From the NCBI GenBank assembly GCA_964106645.2, contig OZ067040.1: 64,000 bases of DNA; one strand, written 5' to 3'. Source of the DNA: Podarcis pityusensis. Lineage: Eukaryota. The translations under genes were made by a program, and so were the position numbers. Positions 38,902 to 51,926 of this stretch are shown here, piece by piece. Below the pieces are notes generated by a model. That model saw only the letters and a list, made by a program, of their open reading frames with translations, ran no database searches and was not told the DNA's origin. Numbering within the stretch: the first letter of the stretch is position 1; every line of letters starts with the position of its first letter.

Positions 38902-39126
38902 TGCAGTGGACTTGTAATCTGGTGAACTGGGTTCGATTCCCTGCTCCTCCACATGCAGCTGCTGGTGACCTTGGGCCAGTCACATTTCTCTGAAGTCTCT
39001 CAGCCCCACTCACCTCACAGAGTGTTTGTTGTGGGAGAGGAAGGGAAAGGAGAATGTTAGCCGCTTTGAGACTCCTTTGGGTAGTGATAAAGCGGGATAT
39101 AAAATCCAAACTCTTCTTCTTCTTCT
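38902..39126 (+). mobile_element. MIR/Ther1-related tRNA SINE (Squam3-like), 5' end missing
   Basis: B box GGTTCGATTCCC, core GTGACCTTGGGCCAGTCAC, L2-type tail AGCCGCTTTGAGACTCC..AAAGCGGGATATAAA, then (TCT)n. Confidence 0.78.
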
Positions 39127-39584
39127 ACGGTGAGGCTTGATTAGACTGGAAGCAGTTCAAGATAGGTTGCTTACACTCTCAGGAGTTCCCACACTGAGGA
39201 ATAACAAGTGGATCCGCTTCCTCCTCCATGACGATGGAGACGTTCGGCAGGAAATGGTCTTCATTTGCCCTATGCACTGAGTTCTGTACTAGGCTTTCCT
39301 TTACCAGGCAAACAAAGCACCTAGACTCAAGTTCAGTGAGCAGACACCTATAACACAGTGAAGAAACTTGGTTCTCCAAAGTAGCCAAGGTTATTAAACA
39401 GTATCTCATTTGGACAATATGAATAGGGGTAGTTTCTCTGATGAACCTTAAGCACTTGTGTTCTAGGTTCAAAACAACAAACCTTTTTTAGTCATTTTCT
39501 AATACACATTGTCCATGCAAAGCAGACTCTTCTTAAATAAACTAAATTCTATCTCATTCTTGTGCAAACAGATGAACGGACCTT

Positions 39585-40220
39585 TCCCCTTCTGTGGAAT
39601 GCTCTCCCCAGGGAGGTTCACCTGGCACCTTCATTATACACCTTTAGGTGCCAGGCAAAAGTGTTCCTTATTAACTAGGCCTTTGGTTGATTTGATTGAC
39701 ATCCTATGCCCTTTTAAAAATGTGTTGTGGGTTGTTCTTGGTTTTCTTTTGATTATGTACTTTGTGGTTTTATATTCTGATTTTATCCTGTGAACTGCCC
39801 TGAGACCTACAGGTATAGAGCAGTATAAAGGTAAAGGTAAAGGGACCCCTAACCATTAGGTCCAATCGTGGCCGACTCTGGGGTTGTAGCACTCATCTCG
39901 CTTTATTGGCCGAGGGAGCCGGCGTACAGCTCCTGGGTCATGTGGCCAGCATGACTAAGCCGCTTCTGGCGAACCAAAGCAACGCACGGAAACACCGTTT
40001 ACCTTCCCACTGGAGCGGTACCTATTTATCTAATTGCACTTGACGTGCTTTCGAACTGCTAGGTTGGCAGAAGCAGGGACCAAGCAACGGGAGCTCACCC
40101 CGTCATGGGGATTCGAACCGCCGACCTTCTGATCGGCAAGTCCTAGGCTCTGTGGTTTAACCCACAGCGCCACCCGCGTCCCTATAGAGCAGTATATGAA
40201 TTCAATAAATAATAATAAAT
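39585..40220 (+). mobile_element. L2 3' fragment interrupted by a Sauria SINE
   Basis: CTGTGGAATGCTCTCCCC.. and tail TGTGAACTGCCCTGAGACC..GGTATAGAGCAGTATA..AATAAATAATAATAA, split at the SINE TSD. The same tail is intact at 63345-63404. Confidence 0.7.
39828..40182 (-). mobile_element. Sauria SINE, full length
   Basis: Perfect 14-bp TSD tatagagcagtata (39814-39827 / 40183-40196). Confidence 0.93.
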
Positions 40221-41039
40221 TCCGAAACAAGTGTGCACAGCCTGTGCTACTGGATTAAGCCAGGACCACTTTCTCAATTCACTGCCCATTAACACACACA
40301 CTGCCTTATTAATCCAGAGAAATAATAACATATGACCTTAGTGAAATCAGGGCAGCATCAACAGAATGTTAGTTTTACAAAAACCCAGGAGAAATAAAGA
40401 AGCATTTTTATTTTTATTTTTTGTAAAGGGAGAAAAAGTTATATTACTATTTGAAAAGAGCCATTTTAAATTACTTAGTTTTCTTCAGTTCTGATTTACA
40501 AATGTAAATAGAATCATTTAGATTAGGGACACCCATTTCTTCTAAGCACTTATAGACATTTTGGTAACACTGAAATGTAGTTTTAAGGTCAGCAATTACA
40601 ATTTTTACAGATCAGCATTCTTCATTCCACATTTGGTGTGTGTTTTGCCAGTTCATTCCTATCTACTCTTTCTCATCAAAGATTTACAGATTTTTCTTTT
40701 ACTTAAGGTACTGTAATCCAGTAAATAACTTGTTGATGATTTATTGTACTGAAAAATCTAATAATATGACGGAATAGTTTAAAGTTGATGAATGTTCACA
40801 ATACAAATGAGCTTAATAGGAATTCAGCAATGTTGAAAATGACTGTCTTTTTAGGTGTATAAAATATCAATAATATGTTATGACAACATTGTTCAGTTAA
40901 TTCTGGGGTAATTATTATCATGTTGCAATATTCGCCCCGATTCAGTAACAGCAACCTAATTGTCCATAGTTATAGTAATAGGAGCCACATAACTCCATGC
41001 ACCAATCATAACACTGAACTTACATTCTTCCACTTGTTA

Positions 41040-41660
41040 GTGGTCAAAAAATTTAAATACTTAGACATTCACTTCCAACAGAATGCTTGGAAAAACCATC
41101 GCAAGTTTGCACTAAACATGGCAGATACCTGTGCTTTGGCTATCACCTGTTTGTTTGTTTTTGTTTGTTTGTTTGTTTCCAATAGAGGGAACCAATATGT
41201 TCCTGCTACACTAAAGGTTTTCAATGCCAAAGTAAATCCAAAACTACTGTATGGCATACCATTATGGATTGGTGTTGTTGACCACTCACTGGAACGCAGC
41301 CAATCAAAATCCCTTCGTAAAATCCTGGGTATGCCAAACTGTATCCCATTATGCAGCCATATGCCTGGAAACTGGACAAGGGCCTATGGAAACTAGAGTG
41401 AGGTTTATCACCATAAAATTATGGCTACACCTTCCTTTCAAGTCTGACCCCTCTTCTCTAATTTTTCATATGCTGTTGGAATCCCACCGTTCCAAATGGT
41501 TAGCTTGTATCAAGAATAAAATTTAAACCATTGGCCTATCATTTGATTTGCAACTTATTATTCCACTGTTATAAGTATTTCAAGCAATTAAGAGCAGATT
41601 TGTAGTGATTGAATTCCAAATTCTGAGTTGTGCAGTCAAAAAATCTTGCTCTCTGTTGGA
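41040..41660 (+). mobile_element. Old degenerate RTE-X-like LINE fragment
   Basis: KKFKYLDIHF...LKVFNAKVNPKLLYG...LERSQSKSLRKILGMPNC aligns by eye with KTFQYLGITF...LTVFQAKSLAQLLYG...LETVQSKFLRSLFATPKC of the 19-21 kb element. Frameshifted. Confidence 0.75.
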
Positions 41661-42390
41661 GTTAGGGATCTTACGATGTACCAGTGGTCCGGGTACTATT
41701 TTATAGTTACAAATGGTATGACATATTTTAGGAAGAAATCTGCAAATACTGTCAATTTCCTCTTAGATAACATCTCATTGTATTGTGAGCATTTTGCTGC
41801 TTGAAAGCCCATAAAATGTCACTCATGTTCTAATGATAACCTTGCACACTGGGATACGCAGACAGTTTCAATATAGCTTTAAGTGTTATACTTTTGGGGT
41901 TGCTTTTTTAACACTCAGAATATACTCTGTGCCCTTTGTACCACCCCCAACAATCTTTGCTGCAAAAAGCATGGCAGGCTGCAAGAACATCAGAGAGATA
42001 AAAGGAATCCTAAACATAATAGAGGATGGTGAGGAACCCTAAGCTTTTGTTGATAGGGACAGGGAGCAGGGGGTCATTTGTGACCAATTCAGCTCTGGCA
42101 CCAAGAGCTAAAAGCCAAAGCCATTTTACACAAAGCAAAGGAATGACAGGAAAGGAAAGAACAGCGAAGCAAAAAGGAATGACAGAACCACTTCTTAATA
42201 GGAAGGCTGGCAATTCAGACCACAGTCCAGATGATTGAAAGCAATTGGATTTAAGGAAGTTCTTTTCCCTTCACCCAACTCGGGTTAAACATAGCCCTTC
42301 AGATTCATTGGATAGCAGATTATTCTCGATAACAGCAGTGCAAAGGCAAATAACTGTGCCTGTTTCTTTTTCTTTCATTTTCTTTTGTAT

Positions 42391-42890
42391 TGTTAGGAAT
42401 TTTGGAAGGGGGTTGCCAGGCCCCTCTACTGCATGAATCCAGCACGTGTTAAAAGCTAATCAAGCCTTTTAAATCTGGGAAATAGCCAAGCTGGCTTCCT
42501 GGTGAGCCGATGGGGGCTTAAGGGGCTCTGTGCAAGATAGTAAAATAGGTGGGGACCCCTCCCTCAACAGACAAAGCCAGAGCTTGGAGGTGGAGTTTTG
42601 CAGCAATGTGACCTAAAAGTAAAGCAGCAAGCAGGAGAGAAAGTCAAAGCAATATTTGAGAGCTATGTTTTATTTCTGTTTGAATCTGAGGCTGCTGCTA
42701 TGGGAGAAGCAAGACGCTTTTGGGATTTTATTGCTGTGACTCCCTCCATCATAGCTCAAGTTGTACATATGTGTAAATAAACCATACATCATAAAAACAC
42801 CACAGTATCTACTGTGCCTCATTTCAAAAGGAAACACACCTGGAATCCCTGGAATCTCGCACCGCTCAGTGATCGGGGCAACGTGCAACA
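42391..42890 (+). mobile_element. Probable solo LTR
   Basis: TGTT...AACA termini and flanks gtat/gcat (4-bp TSD with one mismatch). AATAAA about 110 bp from the 3' end. Confidence 0.6.
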
Positions 42891-43927
42891 GCATCACTGG
42901 CTAAAGAAGTCAACTGTCTGTCAGAGCCAGCAGTGATGCCTGTATCAGTAATAAAGATCAGCTATTCAGTGAAGGGGGTTGGGGGTTGGGGAGGGTTAAC
43001 TCCCTCTTCATTAGTTTTTTTTATTATTAATTTAATATATTGATTACCTGCTTCATTGTAATAATAATCCCAGAGAGGGCTATGCAAAATACTTTAGAAG
43101 TCCCATATTTGCCCTTGCAATTATATTTATACCATTATTATGTGGTGTTTTTTTAAATAGCTATTACAATATGTTTTAACTCCATGACCTCAGCAGTGAC
43201 TTAAATGGTGTTAGGATAAAAAAATTCCTTAAGCGGTTTTCCTGAGGTTTGTTTCACAGCGTCTCCAACAGATGAAATAAGCTGCTTTTCAAACAAAAGC
43301 TTGATCCTGCAAGCCTATATGGGTTTTACGGATTGCTGCAATGCCTCGATTTATCAAAATGTTTTAAGACAATGATGAGTCTCTTCAAATTTACCTCCAC
43401 ATTTGCTGCTAGGCATATGCTACCTGCTGAACGGAGTTCACTTTTCCCTTATGGATTTTCCAGAGAGTACTCTATGGGCACATAGCGCTGTCATATTGTT
43501 AGATCTCAACAAGTCACAGCCTATTCAGTGGGGAAACCAACCGGGAGCCCTATGTTAAGCAAGTCTGAGTTCCCAAAAGAAAGCAGGGTGCATGTAATGA
43601 TACATATTTAAAGCCCAGATACGCTGCATCTGTGTGATGCATGAAAAAGAGTTGCTACAGAAGGAATAGCCATTGTACAATGAATAACTGTTCTCAAATT
43701 TCCTGCTTTTTAAAAAATAAAAACAGTATCTATTCTATGTTTGTCTGTTGCTCCAGAGAATGAACACACAGCTTTCAATTAACTAAACAGATTTTTAAAA
43801 AAACAACCAGATTTTTTAAAAAAAATACAAAAAAATTAAAGTTTATAGAATAGTAGGAGAATATCTTTTTTTGGCAAAAAGTATTAGACCCAATGTATCT
43901 AATAATATATTTTCTTTTGTATTGCAG

Positions 43928-43999
43928 GTTAGCACTCTAGACTGGGTACGAGCTGAAAAAACCTATAACCTCTGTGAGGTTCTATTTAAAGTACACAAG
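43928..43999 (+). CDS. SNTG2: SNTG2 coding exon
   Basis: ttcttttgtattgcag / gtaggt. 72 nt, VSTLDWVRAEKTYNLCEVLFKVHK. Confidence 0.96.
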
Positions 44000-44806
44000 G
44001 TAGGTCTCCTGTTAAGTTATGGACTACATTTGAAATGGGAGACTGTGATTTTCAAAAATTAAATTAGAATGTGTTCAGATTAATTTTCTTGAATAAGAAA
44101 TAGTTAGCCAAAACTTACTCTACATTGGGAAGCTAGTTCCCAGCAATGAACTATTGCCATTATTTGTGTTTGATGATCAGGTATTGGCTCATTCTGAACA
44201 AATGCAGACAATTCTTAAACCCAATCTAATTTTTATATCAAGGTTAGCCAACATGGTGCTCTTCAGATATGGCTGCAGTATAACTCACAGCAGTCCCAGG
44301 CAGGAATAATTCAAGTGCATGTTCAACAACATCTGGAAGCACCATGTTGGCTATCCCTATTCAACACAATCTATTTCATATATAATGTATGGTGGGGGGA
44401 GTAAGATTGCCCCTTTCAGCTGATGTTCCTGTGCATAGCTTAGTGGTCTAACAACTATTTTGCATGCATAAGGTTCCAGATTCGGTGCCTAACATCTCAA
44501 GTAAAAATAATTTCAGGTAATAGGGCTGACTGACATCCAGGAGGGGTACTTCCACCACAAGGCTGGATGAAACAAAGGTCTGCCAGTAGAAGGCAACTTC
44601 TAAGGCATGGTTTTGTGCTGGTTCCTGTCCCGTCTTCATGACTTCCTCCAGAAGGCGTGGCTTGGGGAATGTTACCACCCATGCTGTTTTAATACTTGAG
44701 CGAAATTATATGGAGTTTTGGAATGTGTTGCCCTCAGTATGCTGATTATATGCAGTTCTGTTTCTCCTTTACAGCACAAGCAGGTTTGGTGCTGACTTTG
44801 AGACTA

Positions 44807-45232
44807 CAGTGGTGCCTCGCAAGACGAAAAGAATCCGTTCCGCGAGTCTCTTCGTCTTGCGGGTTTTTTCGTCTTGCGAAGCAAGCCCATTAGTGGTTTA
44901 GCGGATTAGCGCTACAGTATTAGCGGCATAGGGGGCTTAGCGGATCAGCTGATAAGCGGCTTAGCGATCAGCTGTTAAGCGGCTTAACGATCAGCTGATA
45001 AGTGGCTTAGCGATCAGCTGTTAAGCGGCTTAGCCGATCAGCTGATAAGCGGTTTAGCGGCTTGGGAAAAAGGGGGGGGAGGAAAAAAAACCCTCAGGAA
45101 CTCGCAAGACATTTTCGTCTTGCGAAGCAAGCCCATAGGAAATTCGTTTTGTGAAGCACCTCCAAAACGGAAAACCCTTTCGTCTAGCGGGTTTTCCGTC
45201 TTGCGAGGCATTCGTCTTGCGGGGCACCACTG
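44807..45232. mobile_element. Tc1/mariner-type MITE (family C) with internal minisatellite
   Basis: TA-CAGTGGTGCCTCGCAAGACGAA...TTCGTCTTGCGGGGCACCACTG-TA. Internal ~23-bp tandem units GCGGCTTAGCGATCAGCTG(A/T)TAA. Confidence 0.9.
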
Positions 45233-47546
45233 TATATATATATATATATTAATATGCAGGTCTAAAACATCAAGCCCAATCAAATCACATATGCCTGAAC
45301 AGTTAACTGGTCACCCAGATAAGCTCCAAGAATCAACTATTTTATGATCCTGGTGGAATGTACATGTTTTGAATTTTGCATGCATTCCCTCATTAAACAT
45401 TACAGCGATGCCTGAATGTCTGATAGCCCTAGAGAAGAGGAATGCACTCTGAATGGCTGGAAAGCTGTGCTCTTGATAGGTAGACACATTCAGTTCTTAC
45501 CCAAGGACTGATGCATGCCCTTTATTTTCTTTATTTCCCTAATATTCTGGTAGGGTTAATTTCAAGATGAAGCCAACTTAACAGCAAATTCTGGTGCTAC
45601 GTTTTCATTTTGAGGTGGGGAGGGAAAGAGTTGGAAATAAGCTGCCCACGATTCAGCCCTTTACATTCCTGACATTTTAATAAATGAACACTTAATTGTC
45701 AGTCTTGATGAATACATTAACTGAAACACAAAAAGCTTCAGTGTACAAGTCTAGCCATTCTTCTGTTGACACTTCAGTATAAATGATAATGAAGGAAACT
45801 TAGAGCAAATCAATTAGGTTGGAGTAAACCTAATTTTCAGAAGAGATTAAAGCTTCTCTATTACAAATTCTAAGGCGCAGTTTGCTCCGCAGAAAATGTT
45901 CCTTTGAGTTGTTTATGCAAGCAAGTTTTTCCTTGCTGACTTTTCAGGATACAAACTTTTTAAAAATGAATAACCTTTAATGCCCTTCATATATTGGGTG
46001 GTCTCAGACCTGCTGTCCACCTGATTCTCCCTGCTCTGCTTAGGGCCATGCATGGACAGAACCATCATCTGCTTTCAAATTCCAAGGCAGAAGTGGGACT
46101 ATGCACAAAAAGAGGAGCTAAAGAAGCCATTGTCCAACTACAAGCATTTGTCCAATGATTCCATATCTGTTTTTTTCACAGTTGTACCACCATGTAGAAG
46201 TAGCATTAAAATAGTTCAGTGTGAATAAGAATAAATGAAGAACCAATAGCAAAAAGTGCCCATAAGACTAATATATTGATATATATTGATATATCATACA
46301 TACATAGCCCAAAATCAGATATGAATATGAAGTCATTTGGTTATTGCATACTGATGAAATACTTGTTAGCCTTTTTTTTGCAGAAGGCATATCCTGTTTG
46401 ATTTCTCCCCTCCTCTTGGTAGGTCTTCTGTCTGTGATTCTCAAAAACAAAAAACTTTACCATCATAATGTTTCCTGGCTCTACTGCTTCACAGGGATGC
46501 CATTATGAAGATATTTAAACAAAGCAATCTGTGAAGCATAAAACTAATATTATATGCTCATAATTAAAAACGCTGCTTGTTTGATTTGCATACCCTGGTG
46601 TGCAGGATCTCTAAAGGGGATACCTTTTATTAAAATATATCAGCGTGACAGTATTGTTTGTCGCAAGCTCCAGTGTTAATTAAAACACACATGGGTGTGG
46701 ATTTAGCATTTTAGCATATTAATATTGCTGTTACTTGTCATTTGAATATCATATTTTTGGGGTTCACCCCTACATTTGTCCACATATCAGATATCTGAGG
46801 GTAGATCACCAATGAGCAAGTCAGTCTGAAATACATTGCCCCCCCCCCCCAGCATTACTCTGGCCTAAATGCTGCAATTCATACACTAAACTTCCAATTT
46901 ATGGGGTTTCCCAGTTCAACACAGGAGTGAGGCTGTGTGACTGTACCTTATGTTGAAGCAAACAGTTTGATCTTGCTTTTACGTACTGGTTGTAAGCTTA
47001 CTGAAGTTCCTCGGGGAATGTTGCGCTAAGTAAAAATATAAAGGAGATTTACACTATGGGTAGACTGAATCTCTGTCATCAAAAACAAATTGCTGTATTG
47101 AATGAGCTATTTCTATTTTCTTGATCTACTTTTGTGGTAATGAGGTTCTTTTTTTACTGTTTTGCATTGCTCTTTGTTAATTTTAATCTGTCTGTCTGTC
47201 TGTTTGTAAGCCATCCAGGAAATATTTGTTGATGAGCAACATTCAATAAATAATCATCATCTCATACTTTAAATTGGTTTTCCCTGGTTCACCAATGGTA
47301 AAGCCAGGAGACTCAGAAAAATAAATATAAAACATATATATTCATACTGCTTTGCTCCTGGTTATTGATGCTCAACATCACAATCAAACTACAGCTCCTC
47401 CTTTTTCTGCATAACTTTAATTCTCAAACTGAAATGCTCACATTCAGCAGGTTATGTTCCTTGATAGAGGGAATCACATTAACAAGAACAAAGAGCAAGT
47501 ATGTACATTTTCCAGCACTCCTTTCTGATTAAAATATGTCTTTCAG

Positions 47547-47756
47547 CTCTGGCTTAATGATGATTGCTGGCTACAAGCAAACCTATATCTAGGTATTCAC
47601 CAAGACTATGAGCTTGAAGACCAGAGGCCATATTGTTTCAGTGTTGTGGTTGGACATGGCAAGAGCCACTATTTCAATGTGGAACTGGGGAGTGACCTGG
47701 CAGTATGGGAGAAATCATTTCAAAAAGCAATTTTTTTGGAAGTTCAGAGAACAGGG
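47547..47756 (+). CDS. SNTG2: SNTG2 coding exon
   Basis: tgtctttcag / gtaagt. 210 nt, LWLNDDCWLQANLYLGIHQDYELEDQRPYCFSVVVGHGKSHYFNVELGSDLAVWEKSFQKAIFLEVQRTG. Absent from the ORF track and read manually. Confidence 0.96.
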
Positions 47757-48252
47757 GTAAGTAATTTAAAATGTACATAGCATGATATTTCAACATCTCT
47801 GTAAGAATAATAACTAATTTTAAAACACATGTCCCATATATATGAGCATGCTGAGTAGCAGCCAGTGGGGCAACAGCCTCCTTCTGACTCCAGTCTCACC
47901 TTAGGTTTACCTGGACATGTTCCTGTCTGGAAGTTACACTTGATCAAGGGAAGTCTCTTGAGAATCCCTCCATTTGGCTGGGATGCAAGGGCAAACCTTC
48001 TCCCTGCTGGCAGTCCAATTTTGGAACTTCCTTCCCTTTGAAATCAGATGGATGCTCACACTGCTGCATCTTAGATGCCAGGTTAAAACCTGACTGTTCA
48101 GTCAGACTTTTGGATAACAATGCTGTTGTCACTTACAATCGTTTTAATAGTTGTTTAAATTGTATTTTTTTTATTTTAGTGTTGCTGAATGAGTTGTGTG
48201 ATTTAAAGTTATTTTTATTGTTAGCGGGCTAGAGATCTGGGGCTGTAGTGTA

Positions 48253-48604
48253 GGGTAAAGGTAAAGGGACCCCTGACCATTAGGTCCAGTCGCGGACGAC
48301 TCTGGGGTTGTGGTGCTCATCTCGCTTTATTGGCCGAGGGAGCCAGTGTACAGCTTCTGGGTCATGTGGCCAGCATGACTAAGCCGCTTCTGGCGAACCA
48401 GAGCAGTGCACGGAAATGCCATTTACCTTCCTGCTGGAGCGGTACCTATTTATCTACTTGCACTTCGTGCTTTTGAACTGCTAGGTTGGCAGGAGCAGGG
48501 ACTGAGAAACGGGAGCTCACCCCGTCATGGGGATTTCGAACCACGACCTTCTGATCAGCAAGCCCTGGGCTCTGTGTTTTAACCCACAGCACCACCTGTG
48601 TCCC
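48253..48604 (-). mobile_element. Sauria SINE, full length
   Basis: Same family as the 39828 copy. TSD tgtagtgtagg/tgtaatgtagg with one mismatch. Confidence 0.9.
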
Positions 48605-51354
48605 TGTAATGTAGGATATTAATGGTCAAAATAAACAGAAGACAATGATTTGACTCTGTTGATGACCTATGTGAGAAGCTTCTGCTTTGATTGATTTACT
48701 TGTTCACAGCGTGGTTCGTAGTCATATGCTTGCACTATTTACTCACTGCACCCAGTTTACCACAGCAAAAGAAGACGAATTTTAAGCCAAATAAATCTGA
48801 TTGCACAAAAGTCAGTGGGTCAATGTCAATAGCGTTCTTTAACTGGACGCAGTTCCTTCTCCTCTGACATTTATTTATTTTTTGGAAATGGAAGTTGAAA
48901 TTTATGCCCCACATCTTAATCTGAACTCCCCTATAGAGCAAACACAGAGGTGGCAAAAATCTATCCATATTAATATTGAGTAATGTACTTTTCCTGTAAC
49001 TTCATTGACACGAATATCACTTCCCGGCAGGTCTGCTTCAGAATAGTGTTGCCAGTCTCATTTTCTTAGCTTGCATTAATCACGTTATTCTAACCACCTA
49101 CCCGATTTGGAGCACATCAGATGCTACATTATATGCCCCTGCTGATGTTTTCCACTGTTGCCTATTATTACACTATCACCTAGTGGTGCTACAAATTCTA
49201 AAGTAGCCTCTATAAAATAAAATAGCTATATTTTTCTACACGCAGGTAAACATTTTAGAAGCCTTAATGTAGTTACATTCTAACAGAGAAATAGTAATGG
49301 CTAACTTCATTCTATATTATAATGATAGGCAGATTTGTGTGGGCGCGCAAACTTTCTTGAAGATTCTTACAGGGTGCCACATAACTTCCAGACAGTGGCT
49401 GGGTTCAGGCATAATGTGAAACCACGGTTTGTTTAGATAAGCCATGGTTTGTTTTAATGGCACATTTTGGACTTAGTGGTTTAGTGTTATTATGTAGTGA
49501 GCACAAATGAACCTTGGGTTCTCATGTTCTTCCTTCTACTCTCCTCCGCTTTGAGAGTTGTTGTTGTTTCAATCAAGCAGTGTCTAAATTTTAGGAAGTA
49601 AATAAATAAATCACGTACTTCTCTATTAATATTTTTCACATTTTAAAATAATGCAAGTTGGATCATATGAGAACTGTCCTCATCATACTTTCTACATTAT
49701 ACAATGGCTTTTCCATCATCCTTGTGGGTAGGGGGAAAGAGAAATTTCTGTGAACTAAATTATTTGAACCCATCAAACGAGCAGTGAAGTCCATAGATAA
49801 GTATGCTAAGTGTTTTATATCAAAGCCATGTCAGTTAACAGCTGCCACTACACCATGTTGCAACGAGTTCCACATCTACCGATGTGGTGTTACATCCCTG
49901 ATAACTTGATTCAGTAGCAGCTACCTCTCATCTGAAGCATATAATTGCTGCCGTGCAGCTAATGCTAAATTCAGGCAGTAGCTAAAATAGTGTTATACTT
50001 TCTTTGGGGGGAAAAATTCAATCATCTCCCTGGGACAACAATGCAAAATAAAACTTTCTATAATGGGCTCTATAAATTCAAATGAGATATTAAAAGCTGT
50101 TTAATTAGGCTAGATTTATGAGGTCATTAAAAGATAATTATCTGTTTGTTGCCAGAAGAATGGCTTTAATTACACAATTAAGGTTTAGATTGTTTTCATT
50201 ATGTATAGTAATGTATTACACTTTCACTTTTCTTGGTCATTTTTATGTCGTTAAGTCCATTTCACTTCAAATCTAATTTTAGAAACCCACAGTCTTAAGA
50301 ATCAATTGCACATTTGCCCTCAGCACTAAATTTTGGCAGTGTGGGGGTAAATTTAAGTCTGTTTGGCTTTTCCATCAGTTACAAAAACAATAAAGCAAAT
50401 TCCATGAATCTCACACAGAGCACCTAAATGTTTAAGCCCCTAACTATAGCACCCTAATACGGTCATGGGGAAACTGGAACCCACCTAATTAGCCCTTTCA
50501 TGGGTCCTAGTTTGGCCCATGAGGTTGTCCCTCTCCCAACCACATCCGCCTTCTGCACACCTGACATGATATGTAATATCAGGTGAGGAGCAAGTAGAGG
50601 AGGTGTCTTAAAGCACATTCCCCCTTGGGCACTGGCAAGAGAGGCTTGCTGCCGCCACCAATCTGTTGGCTGCAAATGAGAGCAAGCCAGTAGGGATCTG
50701 TAGGGAGCCTGCTGAATTCATGAGTGCAACCAATCCTAGTAGAATGCAGAGCTTGACGTCTAATAGGCCCTGAGTGCAGGCTACCTGTGATCAGCTCCCG
50801 CTGTAGAAAGTGGATCCTGAAATCTGCATGGATTGGCGGGAAGTTCAAATCCCCATGTGTTTGGCTTGGCTTGGCTTTTCCTTTGTAGCATAGTATGTCA
50901 GGTGGATGGGTCCCACTCACCTGTCAAAATGGCCTGCCAACAATGGGTGAGGGGTGGGGATCTGATCCACTGGTCACATTCCCCACCCTTGCTCTAACGT
51001 TTCTACAATGCTATGTTCATCTGTGCAGGTGTGTCCCACAGTATTAGTCTTACATAACTTTGCAACCATACTGTTTCCTAAACTATAACAGTGACTATTG
51101 TGTTTTAATCAGTGCATGCCTGATTATATTGGGAAATGGTACGGAAGCTGTCCAGAGGTGCATTCAGGAAGGCAATGAGATATAAGAGGCTTGAAATAGT
51201 GATTCCAAGGAATAATAACCAGTGCTTGAATTATTGGGGGTGGGGGACAACCAAGAGGGTCTATGATGAAATCCACAGTCCAAACCCCTTTAATTCCATC
51301 CCACTTTTAGCTAAAACCTTCCCCTTCCTCTGTTGCTTTGTTTTGCATTACATT

Positions 51355-51926
51355 GTTGTTGTTGTTGTTGTTTAGTCATTTAGTCGTGTCTGACTCTTTG
51401 TGACCCCATGGATCAGAGCACACCAGGCACTCCTGTCTTTCACTGCCTCCCGCAGTTTGGTCAAACTCATGCTGGTAGCTTCGAGAACACTGTCCAACCA
51501 TCTCATCCTCTGACGTCCCCTTCTCCTTGTGCCCTCCATCTTTCCCAACATCAGGGTCTTTTCCAGGGAGTCTTCTCTTCTCATGAGGTGGCCAAAGTAC
51601 TGGAGCCTCAGCTTCACGATCTGTCCTTCCAGTGAGCACTCAGGGCTGATATCCTTAAGAATGGATAGGTTTGATCTTGCAATCCATGGGACTCTCAAGA
51701 GTCTCCTCCAGCACCATAATTCAAAAGCATCAATTCTTCGGCAATCAGCCTTCTTTATGGTCCAGCTGTCACTTCCATACATCACTCCTGGGAAAACCAT
51801 AGCTTTAACTATACGGACCTTTGTCAGCAAGGTGATGTCTCTGCTTTTTAAGATGCTGTCTAGGTTTGTCATTGCTTTTCTCCCAAGAAGCAGGCGTCTT
51901 TTAATTTCGTGACTGCTGTCATCATC
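51355..51926 (-). mobile_element. BovB (RTE) LINE, 5'-truncated
   Basis: MTNLDSILKSRDITL..KAMVFP...RRIDAFELWCWRRLLRVPW...LEKTLMLGK.EG.RRRGRQRMRWLD. (CAA)n tail and TSD tgcattacatt (51344-51354 / 51927-51937). Confidence 0.95.

Noticed and set aside
39183-39280. Possible cryptic exon after ttacactctcag
   Set aside because: The phase-0 frame stops after four codons, the pyrimidine tract is weak, and no homology was recognised.
44891-45062. CRISPR-like array
   Set aside because: The units are head-to-tail with no unique spacers and lie inside a TA-flanked MITE in a vertebrate intron.
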